Below are positions 7,579 through 16,176 of a stretch of DNA of 35,925 nucleotides, one piece after another. The notes under the pieces are model-generated. The model had not been told where the DNA came from and searched no databases. It saw only the letters and a program-made list of their open reading frames with translations. Origin of the DNA: Bacteroidia bacterium (GTDB taxonomy: Bacteria > Bacteroidota > Bacteroidia > AKYH767-A > 2013-40CM-41-45). The stretch is from contig DATDOJ010000264.1 in assembly GCA_035293345.1 (NCBI GenBank), positions 1 to 35,925 on the forward strand. The letters run 5' to 3'. Positions within the stretch are counted from its first letter, which is position 1; every line of letters begins with the position of its first letter. Both the position numbers and the translations under genes were made by a program.

Positions 7579-10200
7579 TCACTGCCTTTCCAGCATCAGC
7601 CATTCCAACACCATCTGAAGCTTGCCGTAAGAAATTTCCCCGGGGGCTTTTTCTTTTATTGCAGTGAGTGAGACAAGTTCTGTCTGCGGAGGAAAGTATG
7701 CGGCTATTCTTCTTGCTTCTTCCATCGGCATCAATTCATCTATCTGCACCAATTTGTTTCTTATGGCGCGGGAGAGATGACTTTCAATTGTTCCCCCGGC
7801 TAGATTTCTTTCCGATGCAATTTGTTCTATCGTCTTTCCGAGTTTGAACAGCCGAACACTTTCTTCGATTGTTCCGGAAGAAGTTTTTTTCTTTTCTCCA
7901 TCCCCGGATCTCTTCGCTGAAGCAATAAAAGTTCTTTGCTGAATATTATTTTCCACGCAGTAGTCGTTGACAAGCTCCAGCACTTCATCACCATACATTC
8001 CCACTTTACTTTTTCCGAATCCGTTTACCTTCAATAAAGAATCTTTGTCTTTGGGAAGGTGAACGCAAACATTTTTAATCGCCTGGTTATTGAAAATCCT
8101 GTACAGCGGAAGATTGGTTTCACTTCCGATTTGCCTCCGCAGTTCCGCAATGCGCTCATACAATCCGGCATGCTGCAGTTCATTGGAGCTTATACTGCGG
8201 ATTTTGTTTTGAGCGTAGGTGCTTTCAACAGCCGGAATTTCTTGGTTAAGTTTTTTTCCGTACTTCAGGTATTCACTCAGGAAAAATCCGGTGCGGCAGT
8301 GATTGAACTTGTGAATTATTTCCTGTACCGTTCCGTTGGTATCATTTAATAAAGCGTCAAGTTTCCGTGCTGTCTTTTTTGTGTCGGTGGAAAGAGGGTG
8401 CTTCCTGAACTCTTCCATCCACTTTGTTATCTCGCCTGAAAAATAACGTGCCGCATCTTTGATTCTTTGCTGAAGCGGTTCGTTTTTTTCCACGACAGGA
8501 TTCTGATTGCAGAGTTCTGCAATTCGCGTCTTGAATTTTTCTGCGACTTCGTAAAGCGATTTTTGTTTTTCCATCAGTCCGCTCAGCCATGGCAAACTTT
8601 CCATTGGCAAATCATCTTTCAGTTCATTTAATATTTCCTGCAATCCGCGCAGTTCATAAAACCAATTCGTCCAGGTGAAAATATTTTCAAGTTCGTGCCG
8701 CACAAATTTATCGCGCGACTCATTGAATTTCTGTGGAAGATTTTCTGCGTCATTATTTTTTTCCTGCCAATCGGTGAGTTCCTGATGCGCACCGAGAAAC
8801 TGCCGGTTGATGGGTGTGGTAAGAATTAATCCTTCCAATGTTGTGCAGCGGCTGAGTGCAACATACACCTGTCCGTTGGCGAAAGCATTCTCGGCATCAA
8901 TGATTGCTTTTTCAAACGTCAGCCCCTGGCTTTTGTGAATGGTGATTGCCCAGGCAAGGCGAAGCGGATACTGTGTAAAGCTGCCCAACGTTTCCCCAAT
9001 AATTTCCCGTGTGTCGTTGTTTAGTTTGTAGCTGATGTTTTCCCATTCATATTTCTTAACTGTTATTTCAAAATCCTCGCCCTTGCATTTTACTTTAATG
9101 TAATCATCCGTGAGGTCGGCTATGACTCCGGTCTTGCCATTGAAATATTTTTTTTCTTCAGTGTCGTTTTTAACAAACATCACCTGTGCTCCTTCTTTGA
9201 GTTCAAGTTCCGAGTCCGCAGGAAAAAGATGTTCAGGAAAATTTCCGCGTATTTCCGCCTGATATTTCTCTGAATGCGTGTTTAATTTTTTCAATTTCAT
9301 TTCATTGATTCTGTCCGCCTGTGAATTGTGGGTGGTGAGCATGACATATCCGTCATCATCAGCGGAAACAAAATTTCTTTTGAGACGGCTGTTTAACACA
9401 TCCAGATTTTCACGAGTCAGATTATTGTTTCGGATTTCATTAAGCACTTCAATAAACGCATCATCTTTCTGACGGAAAATTTCCTTCAGTTCAATCATGA
9501 CCGGAATGTTTTCTCTCAGCACAGTACTGTCGAAAAAGAAAACAGACGGATAATAATCTTTTAAGAACTGCCATTCATCTCTTTTCACCACGGGCTGAAG
9601 CTGGTGCATGTCCCCGATAAACAGAACCTGCACTCCGCCAAAGGGCATGCGGTGTCTTTTTCTGACGCTTCGTAAAATCGTATTTATTGCATCCACCGTG
9701 TGAGATGCTACCATACTTGCTTCGTCAATCACAAGCAGTTCAAGATTGCGGAGCAGATTAATTTTGTCCTTGTTGAAACGGATTTGGGAAAGGAGTTGCC
9801 TCACCCCAACCCTCTCCGAAGGAGAAGGAGTTTCCCAACGCATTGGCTCCCTTTTGTTTTGCATATAAAGTGAAGGGGCACTTTCATTTTCTTCACGCGA
9901 GGAAAAAGATTCATCACGCTCCCCCTCTCTTTTGGAGAGTGGATTGGAGGGTGAGGCAGATGGAATGAACGGAGCAAACGGCAACTGAAATAAAGAATGT
10001 AGTGTAACTCCTCCTGCATTGATTGCTGCAACGCCTGTTGGCGCTGCCACCACCATTTTCTTGAAAGAATTTTCGCGGAGGTATTTCAGAAAAGTGGTCT
10101 TGCCTGTTCCGGCTTTGCCGGTGAGAAATATATTGAGGTTGGTTTCCGTCACGAAGCGGTAAGCCAAATCAAACTCACGCGTGTGTTTAATGTTTCTCAT
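7579..10200 (-). CDS. Pif1-like SF1B DNA helicase with C-terminal HRDC and HTH domains
   Basis: Walker A FLTGKAGTGKTTFLKY, motif Ia VAAPTGVAAINAGGVTLHSLF, Walker B LLVIDEASMV, GDMHQLQPV, and the Pif1-type C-terminal motifs AWAITIHKSQGLTF and VALSRCTTLEGL. An HRDC-like segment (LYERIAELRRQIGSETNLPLYRIFNNQAIKNV) and a final HTH-like segment (GKTIEQIASERNLAGGTIESHLSRAI) follow. Confidence 0.9.
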   Translation of the reverse strand: MRNIKHTREFDLAYRFVTETNLNIFLTGKAGTGKTTFLKYLRENSFKKMVVAAPTGVAAINAGGVTLHSLFQLPFAPFIPSASPSNPLSKREGERDESFSSREENESAPSLYMQNKREPMRWETPSPSERVGVRQLLSQIRFNKDKINLLRNLELLVIDEASMVASHTVDAINTILRSVRKRHRMPFGGVQVLFIGDMHQLQPVVKRDEWQFLKDYYPSVFFFDSTVLRENIPVMIELKEIFRQKDDAFIEVLNEIRNNNLTRENLDVLNSRLKRNFVSADDDGYVMLTTHNSQADRINEMKLKKLNTHSEKYQAEIRGNFPEHLFPADSELELKEGAQVMFVKNDTEEKKYFNGKTGVIADLTDDYIKVKCKGEDFEITVKKYEWENISYKLNNDTREIIGETLGSFTQYPLRLAWAITIHKSQGLTFEKAIIDAENAFANGQVYVALSRCTTLEGLILTTPINRQFLGAHQELTDWQEKNNDAENLPQKFNESRDKFVRHELENIFTWTNWFYELRGLQEILNELKDDLPMESLPWLSGLMEKQKSLYEVAEKFKTRIAELCNQNPVVEKNEPLQQRIKDAARYFSGEITKWMEEFRKHPLSTDTKKTARKLDALLNDTNGTVQEIIHKFNHCRTGFFLSEYLKYGKKLNQEIPAVESTYAQNKIRSISSNELQHAGLYERIAELRRQIGSETNLPLYRIFNNQAIKNVCVHLPKDKDSLLKVNGFGKSKVGMYGDEVLELVNDYCVENNIQQRTFIASAKRSGDGEKKKTSSGTIEESVRLFKLGKTIEQIASERNLAGGTIESHLSRAIRNKLVQIDELMPMEEARRIAAYFPPQTELVSLTAIKEKAPGEISYGKLQMVLEWLMLERQ
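9799..9956. mobile_element. roughly 158-bp palindromic (MITE/REP-like) element lying in frame inside the helicase gene
   Basis: Ends CCTCACCCCAACCCTCTCCGAAGGAGAAGG (9799..) and CCCTCTCTTTTGGAGAGTGGATTGGAGGGTGAGG (..9956) are imperfect inverted repeats, with 8/8 match at the tips (CCTCACCC/GGGTGAGG). Each end carries its own CTCTC-loop-GAGAG mini-hairpin. The element encodes the low-complexity stretch SASPSNPLSKREGERDESFSSREENESAPSLYMQNKREPMRWETPSPSERVGVRQ between helicase motifs Ia and II. Boundaries are approximate. Confidence 0.6.
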
Positions 10201-10214
10201 GATGAAAAATAAAA

Positions 10215-11384
10215 TTAATTTTTAATAACTTTTTTCATTGCAGAAGAGTTACCTGATATAATCTTAAGAAAATAAATTCCGGGCGCTAAATCCGAAACGT
10301 CAATTGCAATTTGCTGCTTGCTGCTTGCTTCCGGTTTTCGGCTATAAACATGCCGACCAAGAGCATCGTAAATGTCAATTTTAGTAATTGCCAATTGCCT
10401 TTTGCTCACTGCCAACTGATTTTCTGCCGGATTCGGATAAAGCAATAATTCATCTTTCATTAACTCACTTTCGGAAACGGAGAGATACGGATTCACTGTC
10501 CACCCGATGTCTTTGAGAATGCCGATACAAATCGGACCGGGATTATGATTTGCGTTTCCTGCGGCAGCATTTGGTGTCATCAACTCATTTATATTTCCGG
10601 TTGGATATGTTGATTCATTCAAATGCAAAATACTTGAGCCGAGAGAAAAAGTAGATGGTGCATACATTCTCGGTTTGATGTTTCCATTTGCTGCAAGCGC
10701 ATTGCTGCCGTTGAAATAAATATTGTTATTCGTTAACTGCGCGCCCAATGCAGTTGACGGATTGGCAAATGTATCGAGCGGATGTATGAGCGAATTCACA
10801 ATGAACCGATCGAAGATTCCGGGCAGCGTGTCGAGTTGTGGCCAGGGAAAGGAAGTTATAATGGGCGAAAAGTCCGATGCCTGAAGCAATCCAAACGAAC
10901 CGATGGTACCAGATTTTTTTGCCAGCGATGCAAAGCCGAGCCCATGACCAATTTCATGCAGCACAACGCTTGCCAAATCATATTGTGCAACTGGCACTGT
11001 GTCGGTGGTGTCGGTGTGCCAGTTGATGCTGCTGTTGAGATATAAATCCATATCGAACTGTCCGGGATTTAATTCCGTTCCTGCAATGGAATTTGCAAGC
11101 GAGGTCGGATACCACGTTGAATCCATCGGGGCGCCCGGAAAATCTTTTATGCCGTTCGGAAGAGTGATGCCGAGCAAACCGGGAATCAAAGGAGTGAAAT
11201 ATGCATTCACCTTTATCGGCACGGTTGACTCCAGTGTTTGTGTCCAGATGTTAGCGGCATAGGCAAAAGCAGTTTGCGCCTGCGGAGTAAAACCGGTGTA
11301 GGTAATATTAAATGTCGCGGGATTTTGTGCGCGCCCGGAAATTGACGTGTAGAAAATTAAAACCGCAAGCAGAAACTTTTTCAT
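10215..11384 (-). CDS. secreted zinc metalloprotease-like protein (HExxH) with T9SS type A sorting domain
   Basis: Signal peptide MKKFLLAVLIFYTSISGRAQ, zinc-binding motif VVLHEIGHGLGF, and C-terminal LYPNPAENQLAV...GIYFLKIISGNSSAMKKVIKN. Confidence 0.85.
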   Translation of the reverse strand: MKKFLLAVLIFYTSISGRAQNPATFNITYTGFTPQAQTAFAYAANIWTQTLESTVPIKVNAYFTPLIPGLLGITLPNGIKDFPGAPMDSTWYPTSLANSIAGTELNPGQFDMDLYLNSSINWHTDTTDTVPVAQYDLASVVLHEIGHGLGFASLAKKSGTIGSFGLLQASDFSPIITSFPWPQLDTLPGIFDRFIVNSLIHPLDTFANPSTALGAQLTNNNIYFNGSNALAANGNIKPRMYAPSTFSLGSSILHLNESTYPTGNINELMTPNAAAGNANHNPGPICIGILKDIGWTVNPYLSVSESELMKDELLLYPNPAENQLAVSKRQLAITKIDIYDALGRHVYSRKPEASSKQQIAIDVSDLAPGIYFLKIISGNSSAMKKVIKN

Positions 11385-11476
11385 GCTTCAAACATAGAAA
11401 ACTTTTTTGAAGAGAAAAAATTGCACAATAAAAAACTTGTTTATACAATTGCACTGAACTTTTAAAACCTCATGCC

Positions 11477-12442
11477 ATGAAAAAACTTTTTAAAATTCTT
11501 GGAATACTTATTCTGATAATCATCATTGCTGTTGGCGGCTCCGCTGCCTTTATCGCCATTCGCGGAATACCAAAATATGAAGTGAATGTGCCTGATATTC
11601 CGAAAGTGGAAATCACCCCCGAGCGTGTTGCACGCGGAGAAAAAATTGCCAGCATGCTTTGCCGCGGTTGTCACTTTAGCAGCGAAACGGGAAAACTTAG
11701 CGGAATGGAAATTACGGATGCTCCGGCATTCGGAAAACTTTATTCCCGCAACATCACACAGGACCCCGAAATAGGAATCGGAAAGTGGACTGATGCGGAA
11801 TTAATTTATTTCATCCGCACCGGAATCAATCCCCGGAACGATGGGCAATATGTTCCGCCATACATGGCAAAATTACCTCACATCTCTGACGAGGACATGC
11901 GAAGCATCATTGCATACCTCCGCTCCGATATGCCCGAAGTGCAGGCAAGTAAAGTTGAACTGCCCCCTACAGAGCCATCATTCCTCACCAAGTTTTTATG
12001 CACGATTGCATTCAAACCATTTCCGTTTCCGGAAAAAGAAATTCCGAATCCTGACACAACCAATGCAGTTGAGTGGGGAAAATATCTCGCGCTATACCAG
12101 GTCGAATGTTATACCTGTCACTCCGCTAGTTTCGAAACGGTTGATTTTCTGGAGCCTGAAAAATCAGTTGGTTTTTTCGGAGGCGGCAACCAGTTGACTG
12201 CTAAAGATGGAAAGACAATCATTGCTTCACGGAATCTGACTCCGGATGAGGAAACCGGAATAGGTAACTGGACAGAAGAACAATTTTCTAATGCTGTGAG
12301 AAGCGGAATTGTTCCCAATGGTCCGGCATTGCGCTATCCGATGACACCATTTCCCCGGCTGACAGATTCAGAAGTTCATGCCATCTATTCGTACCTGCGC
12401 ACGGTTCCGAAAATTAAAAATATAGTGAAGAGAAGTTCGTAA
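11477..12442 (+). CDS. membrane-anchored di-haem c-type cytochrome
   Basis: N-terminal TM helix (ILGILILIIIIAVGGSAAFIAI) and two CxxCH haem-binding motifs (CRGCH, CYTCH). Confidence 0.85.
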   Translation: MKKLFKILGILILIIIIAVGGSAAFIAIRGIPKYEVNVPDIPKVEITPERVARGEKIASMLCRGCHFSSETGKLSGMEITDAPAFGKLYSRNITQDPEIGIGKWTDAELIYFIRTGINPRNDGQYVPPYMAKLPHISDEDMRSIIAYLRSDMPEVQASKVELPPTEPSFLTKFLCTIAFKPFPFPEKEIPNPDTTNAVEWGKYLALYQVECYTCHSASFETVDFLEPEKSVGFFGGGNQLTAKDGKTIIASRNLTPDEETGIGNWTEEQFSNAVRSGIVPNGPALRYPMTPFPRLTDSEVHAIYSYLRTVPKIKNIVKRSS

Positions 12443-12463
12443 GGCAAAAATGATTTAGCGCAG

Positions 12464-12497
12464 ACGTCCTCCTGTAAACCGGAGGACGTTTCTTTTT
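12464..12497. terminator. intrinsic terminator between convergent genes
   Basis: Perfect 9-bp stem ACGTCCTCC (12464..12472) / GGAGGACGT (12481..12489) with loop TGTAAACC, followed by TTTCTTTTT. Confidence 0.75.
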
Positions 12498-13345
12498 CAC
12501 TTTGAAGCTGCATTTTTCTTTTCTGCTTCTTCTTCAAACTCCCTGATGTGTTTTGTGAAATAATCCAATGAAGAGCTGAAATTCTCTTGGGTAATATGCT
12601 CACCATAACAGGTGCAGTAATAGGGAAAATCATGGTCCCCTATAATGCTTGATAAGTGAGACGTCTTGAAACATTCCATATCAAAAATGCGGGGTCTTAA
12701 ATACCTTTTCGTGCCGAGCAGGTTTTCTTTCTCCATTAACTGAACGGATTGCCTCAGGAAAGCCAAAGGGATTCTAAGCCAAACAAAGTTCACAGGAACC
12801 GATGTTATACGGAAATCCCTGTCAGCAAGCAACAGCATTCCCGGCAGCACGTTGTCGAGTTGAAGCGGCAATGATTTAGTCAAAGGAATGTTGTCGATAA
12901 ATCTCCTGAAGTGTGCACTATCTTCAATCCCGGTAACCGTGCACATGATGGTAAACATTTTTCCCGCAGGATAAACTGCTGTATTGTGCTTATACGAAGT
13001 GGATTTTTCTGAAGGCCATTCAAACAAAATATTTCTTTGTTCGCGGACTTTGTCCCAAAGGGCTGAAAAACATTTATCCGACCAGAGTTTCAGCCCGGCA
13101 AAATCAGTACATACAGCATCAGACAAAGATGGTTGAAGACAAGAGCGGATATGGCGTCCTTCAAAATAGGTGTGCACTTCGCAATGTGTGCCCTTCCATA
13201 CAACAGAATGAACGCGCTGGCCATCCATTTCATAGTCAGCGGTGAGGATGTTGTTTTCAAAACAGATACTCGGTTCTTTCAGAGTTCCGTAGCCGAGGTA
13301 AAGGGGAAGTTCTCTCTCCTCGCCAAACTGAATCATGTAACTCAT
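12497..13345 (-). CDS. hypothetical protein (282 aa), no recognisable domain
   Basis: Long ATG-started ORF with no competing frame, no signal peptide and no TM segment. It contains several Cys/His-containing patches (THCEVHTYFEGRH, DHDFPYYCTCYGEH). I cannot place it in a family. Confidence 0.7.
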   Translation of the reverse strand: MSYMIQFGEERELPLYLGYGTLKEPSICFENNILTADYEMDGQRVHSVVWKGTHCEVHTYFEGRHIRSCLQPSLSDAVCTDFAGLKLWSDKCFSALWDKVREQRNILFEWPSEKSTSYKHNTAVYPAGKMFTIMCTVTGIEDSAHFRRFIDNIPLTKSLPLQLDNVLPGMLLLADRDFRITSVPVNFVWLRIPLAFLRQSVQLMEKENLLGTKRYLRPRIFDMECFKTSHLSSIIGDHDFPYYCTCYGEHITQENFSSSLDYFTKHIREFEEEAEKKNAASK

Positions 13346-13639
13346 AGGTAAAAGTTTTACAGGATGAATAAATCACTCTGCACCATGAGCGCTGAAAAAT
13401 AAATGCAGAAACGCGGGTGAAAAATTTCCCGAGATTTTTTTGTTCCGCTGAGCGGAGCCGCATTGTTTTGGCACCGTTGGTTTCTCTAACCCGGTTGCCG
13501 ACCTTTTTCAGGTACTCTTAATGCAGGCACAAATATAAAAGCAATTTTTCTTTTGACAAACAGGCTTCTGAAAAACTTTTTGTCAGAGGGCAAACATGAA
13601 AGCGATTCTTCCGTAAGAATTGAACAGATAATAAAGAAT

Positions 13640-15073
13640 ATGGTACTGAGCCGATTTTGGTCATTCATAGTCGCAGGAAGCATCCTGTATATTCTTGTTC
13701 TTCTGGCAACGGGACGGATGTACACCATCGGCAATGTGGTGAACGGAAAACAGGGAGAAGCAATTGTTGTTTCAGAAATTCCGGCAAAAGATTTTCAGCA
13801 AAAGGATTCTGCTTTGTTTGCAAATATTGTTGCAAATAAGTTAACAGGATTCCAGGTTGGCGAAACCGTTTATCAACTAACCGACAACGGAATTGTTCAG
13901 GTGTGCATTGGCAGGCAGCAGGCAGACGGAATTTTCCAGACCTGCAAGAACACGATTATGGATTTGTGGCTTCCGCTCATTGGTTATCTCACCTTTTTCT
14001 GCGGGCTGCTTCACCTGCTCAGCGATTCAAACGCCATGCACAAGCTGGCGAAATTTCTCACTCCCCTTTTCACTAAAATATTTCCTGAGCTTCCAAAAGG
14101 GCACGATGCTTATGGATTCATGACGATGAACTTTGCGGCAAATTTCCTCGGGCTTGATAACGCAGCAACTCCTTTCGGATTGAAAGCGATGGAGAGCATG
14201 CAGGAGGTGAATGCAAACAAAGAGCGCGCTTCTAACAGCCAGATAATGTTTCTGTGTCTGCACGCTGCGGGGTTAACGCTCATTCCCACTTCCATCATCG
14301 GTTACCGCGCAGCGCAGAATGCAAGCAACCCTGCCGATGTCATGCTGCCCATCATCATCACATCGTTTGTCGGTACGCTTGCTGCTCTTATTTTCGTGAG
14401 TATCAAACAACGCATCAATCTTCTCAACTGGATGATTGTGTTATTAGTGACAGGCATCAGCGCTGTAATCGGGCTGCTGTTGTTTTTCATTACGCGCCTG
14501 GACGGAATAGAAAAATTTCATTTCACCGGTAACCTTAGCAACGGCTTCCTGCTGTTTGTTATTCTTCTTATCGTTGCGTACAGCATGTTCAAAGAAAAAA
14601 TCTTCAAACAGAACGGAACAAACATTTTCGATTCGTTTGTCACGGGGGCGAAAGATGGTTTCACAACGGGTGTGCGTGTACTGCCTTATATGATTGCCAT
14701 GCTTGTTGCACTCAGCATTTTCCGCAATTCAGGTTTGATGGACATTGCGATGAGCGGAATTTCTTCCGTGCTGAATTTGTTTGGCGTTGACCCGCAAATC
14801 ACCAACGCCATTCCCGTGGCGCTCATGCGCCCGTTCAGTGCAGGCGGCTCGCGCGGCTTTATGCTTGATGCAATGAAAACATTCGGACCTGATAGTTTAA
14901 CCGGGCAACTTTCCTGTTTATTCCAGGGCGCTGCCGAAACAACTTTTTATGTTGTGGCTCTTTACTTCGGCTCGGTGAATGTGAAGGACGCGCGCTACAC
15001 CCTCGGCATCATGCTGCTGGTTGATTTGGTGTGTGTGCTGACGGGGATTGTGGTTTGCAGCTTGTATTTCTGA
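13640..15073 (+). CDS. nucleoside-recognition (Gate) domain membrane protein, fused SpmA/SpmB-like
   Basis: Start moved to the internal ATG at 13640 (MVLSRFWSFIVAGSILYILV, a typical SpmA-like N-terminus). Multiple TM segments. Conserved-looking motifs NFAANFLGLDNAATPFGLKAM and RPFSAGGSRG. Confidence 0.8.
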   Translation: MVLSRFWSFIVAGSILYILVLLATGRMYTIGNVVNGKQGEAIVVSEIPAKDFQQKDSALFANIVANKLTGFQVGETVYQLTDNGIVQVCIGRQQADGIFQTCKNTIMDLWLPLIGYLTFFCGLLHLLSDSNAMHKLAKFLTPLFTKIFPELPKGHDAYGFMTMNFAANFLGLDNAATPFGLKAMESMQEVNANKERASNSQIMFLCLHAAGLTLIPTSIIGYRAAQNASNPADVMLPIIITSFVGTLAALIFVSIKQRINLLNWMIVLLVTGISAVIGLLLFFITRLDGIEKFHFTGNLSNGFLLFVILLIVAYSMFKEKIFKQNGTNIFDSFVTGAKDGFTTGVRVLPYMIAMLVALSIFRNSGLMDIAMSGISSVLNLFGVDPQITNAIPVALMRPFSAGGSRGFMLDAMKTFGPDSLTGQLSCLFQGAAETTFYVVALYFGSVNVKDARYTLGIMLLVDLVCVLTGIVVCSLYF

Positions 15074-15077
15074 GATT

Positions 15078-16052
15078 CTATTTGCCTTTGTTCACCATAT
15101 CCGGATTTCCCATCTTGCCTGACTGGTAGTCGCTGTAGCACTTCCGGATTTCTTCTTCTGTGTTCATCACAAACGGACCATAAGCATAAACCGGCTCATT
15201 ATGCGGCTTGCCGCCAAGAAGCAACAGTTCTGCATCGCCAGCACTGAACAAATTCACATGGTCATCTCCGCGCTCATACAGGACAACCTGGTTGGTTTGG
15301 ATTTCTTTTCTTCCCTCGGTTTCAATTTTTCCTTTGATGACATATACAAAAGCATTGTGCGCTGGGTTTACAGGCACACTGAGTTTGCAGCCGGCTTTCA
15401 TGTTGATGTGAAAATAAAATACCGGAAAGAGAGTTTCAATTTTTGATTTGGCTCCGAAGAGCTCGCCAAGTACAACTTTAGCAGAGTAATCTTTTTCATG
15501 GATGTCAGCCATCTTGTCCGTGCGGTGAACATCAGTTGCCGGGTTAATCAACTTATATTTCGATGGCATGTTAAGCCAGATTTGAAAACCGTGATACAAG
15601 CCGCCTTGGTCAAAAAGTTTTTTGCCCGTCTCTTCCATGTGGATGGCACCCTTGCCCGAGGTGAACATCATGAAATCACCTTTGCCTATTTGTAAATCGT
15701 AATTCAAACTGTCGCGGTGGTGACCGTTGCCTGCAAGAAAATAAGTGGTGGGAATTATTCCAGCATGAGGATGCGCATCCACGCGCAGCGGCTTGTCATT
15801 CGCATTCACCATTACAGGACCGAACTCATCGAAGAATACATAGGGTGAAACATAATCATTGTGGTCGCCTGCAAAGGCGCGGAGCACAGGCAGCGTGCCC
15901 ACCATGGTTTTGTCTGCCGTCAGCACGCGGTAAACTTTTCTGCCTGTTGATGATTCAAGCATTCCGGATGCATCTTTCAGCAGGTTGGGGACAACAACAG
16001 TTGCTCCTATAATGGCTGAGCCCTTAATAAATTCTCTGCGTTTCATTTTCAT
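15078..16052 (-). CDS. pirin family (bicupin) protein with twin-arginine (Tat) signal peptide
   Basis: MKMKRREFIKGSAIIGATVV has a Tat-type RRxFxK motif plus a hydrophobic region. The pirin-like metal site is HPHAGIIPTTYFLAGNGHHRDS and the protein has a two-cupin layout. Confidence 0.88.
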   Translation of the reverse strand: MKMKRREFIKGSAIIGATVVVPNLLKDASGMLESSTGRKVYRVLTADKTMVGTLPVLRAFAGDHNDYVSPYVFFDEFGPVMVNANDKPLRVDAHPHAGIIPTTYFLAGNGHHRDSLNYDLQIGKGDFMMFTSGKGAIHMEETGKKLFDQGGLYHGFQIWLNMPSKYKLINPATDVHRTDKMADIHEKDYSAKVVLGELFGAKSKIETLFPVFYFHINMKAGCKLSVPVNPAHNAFVYVIKGKIETEGRKEIQTNQVVLYERGDDHVNLFSAGDAELLLLGGKPHNEPVYAYGPFVMNTEEEIRKCYSDYQSGKMGNPDMVNKGK

Positions 16053-16117
16053 TTTTTTTGATTGTATGCAAAAATATAAATGAGGGATAATTATAATATG
16101 AAGGGAAAATACTAAGT

Positions 16118-16133
16118 CCCGATAATTATCGGG
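16118..16133. terminator. perfect 16-nt palindrome downstream of res (possible terminator hairpin)
   Basis: CCCGATAATTATCGGG lies 44 nt past the res stop codon. There is no strong U-tract, so the terminator function is uncertain. Confidence 0.35.
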
Positions 16134-16176
16134 CTCGCTTTTGCCTTAGCGCGAAACTTCGTCTAACGGGGAGATA

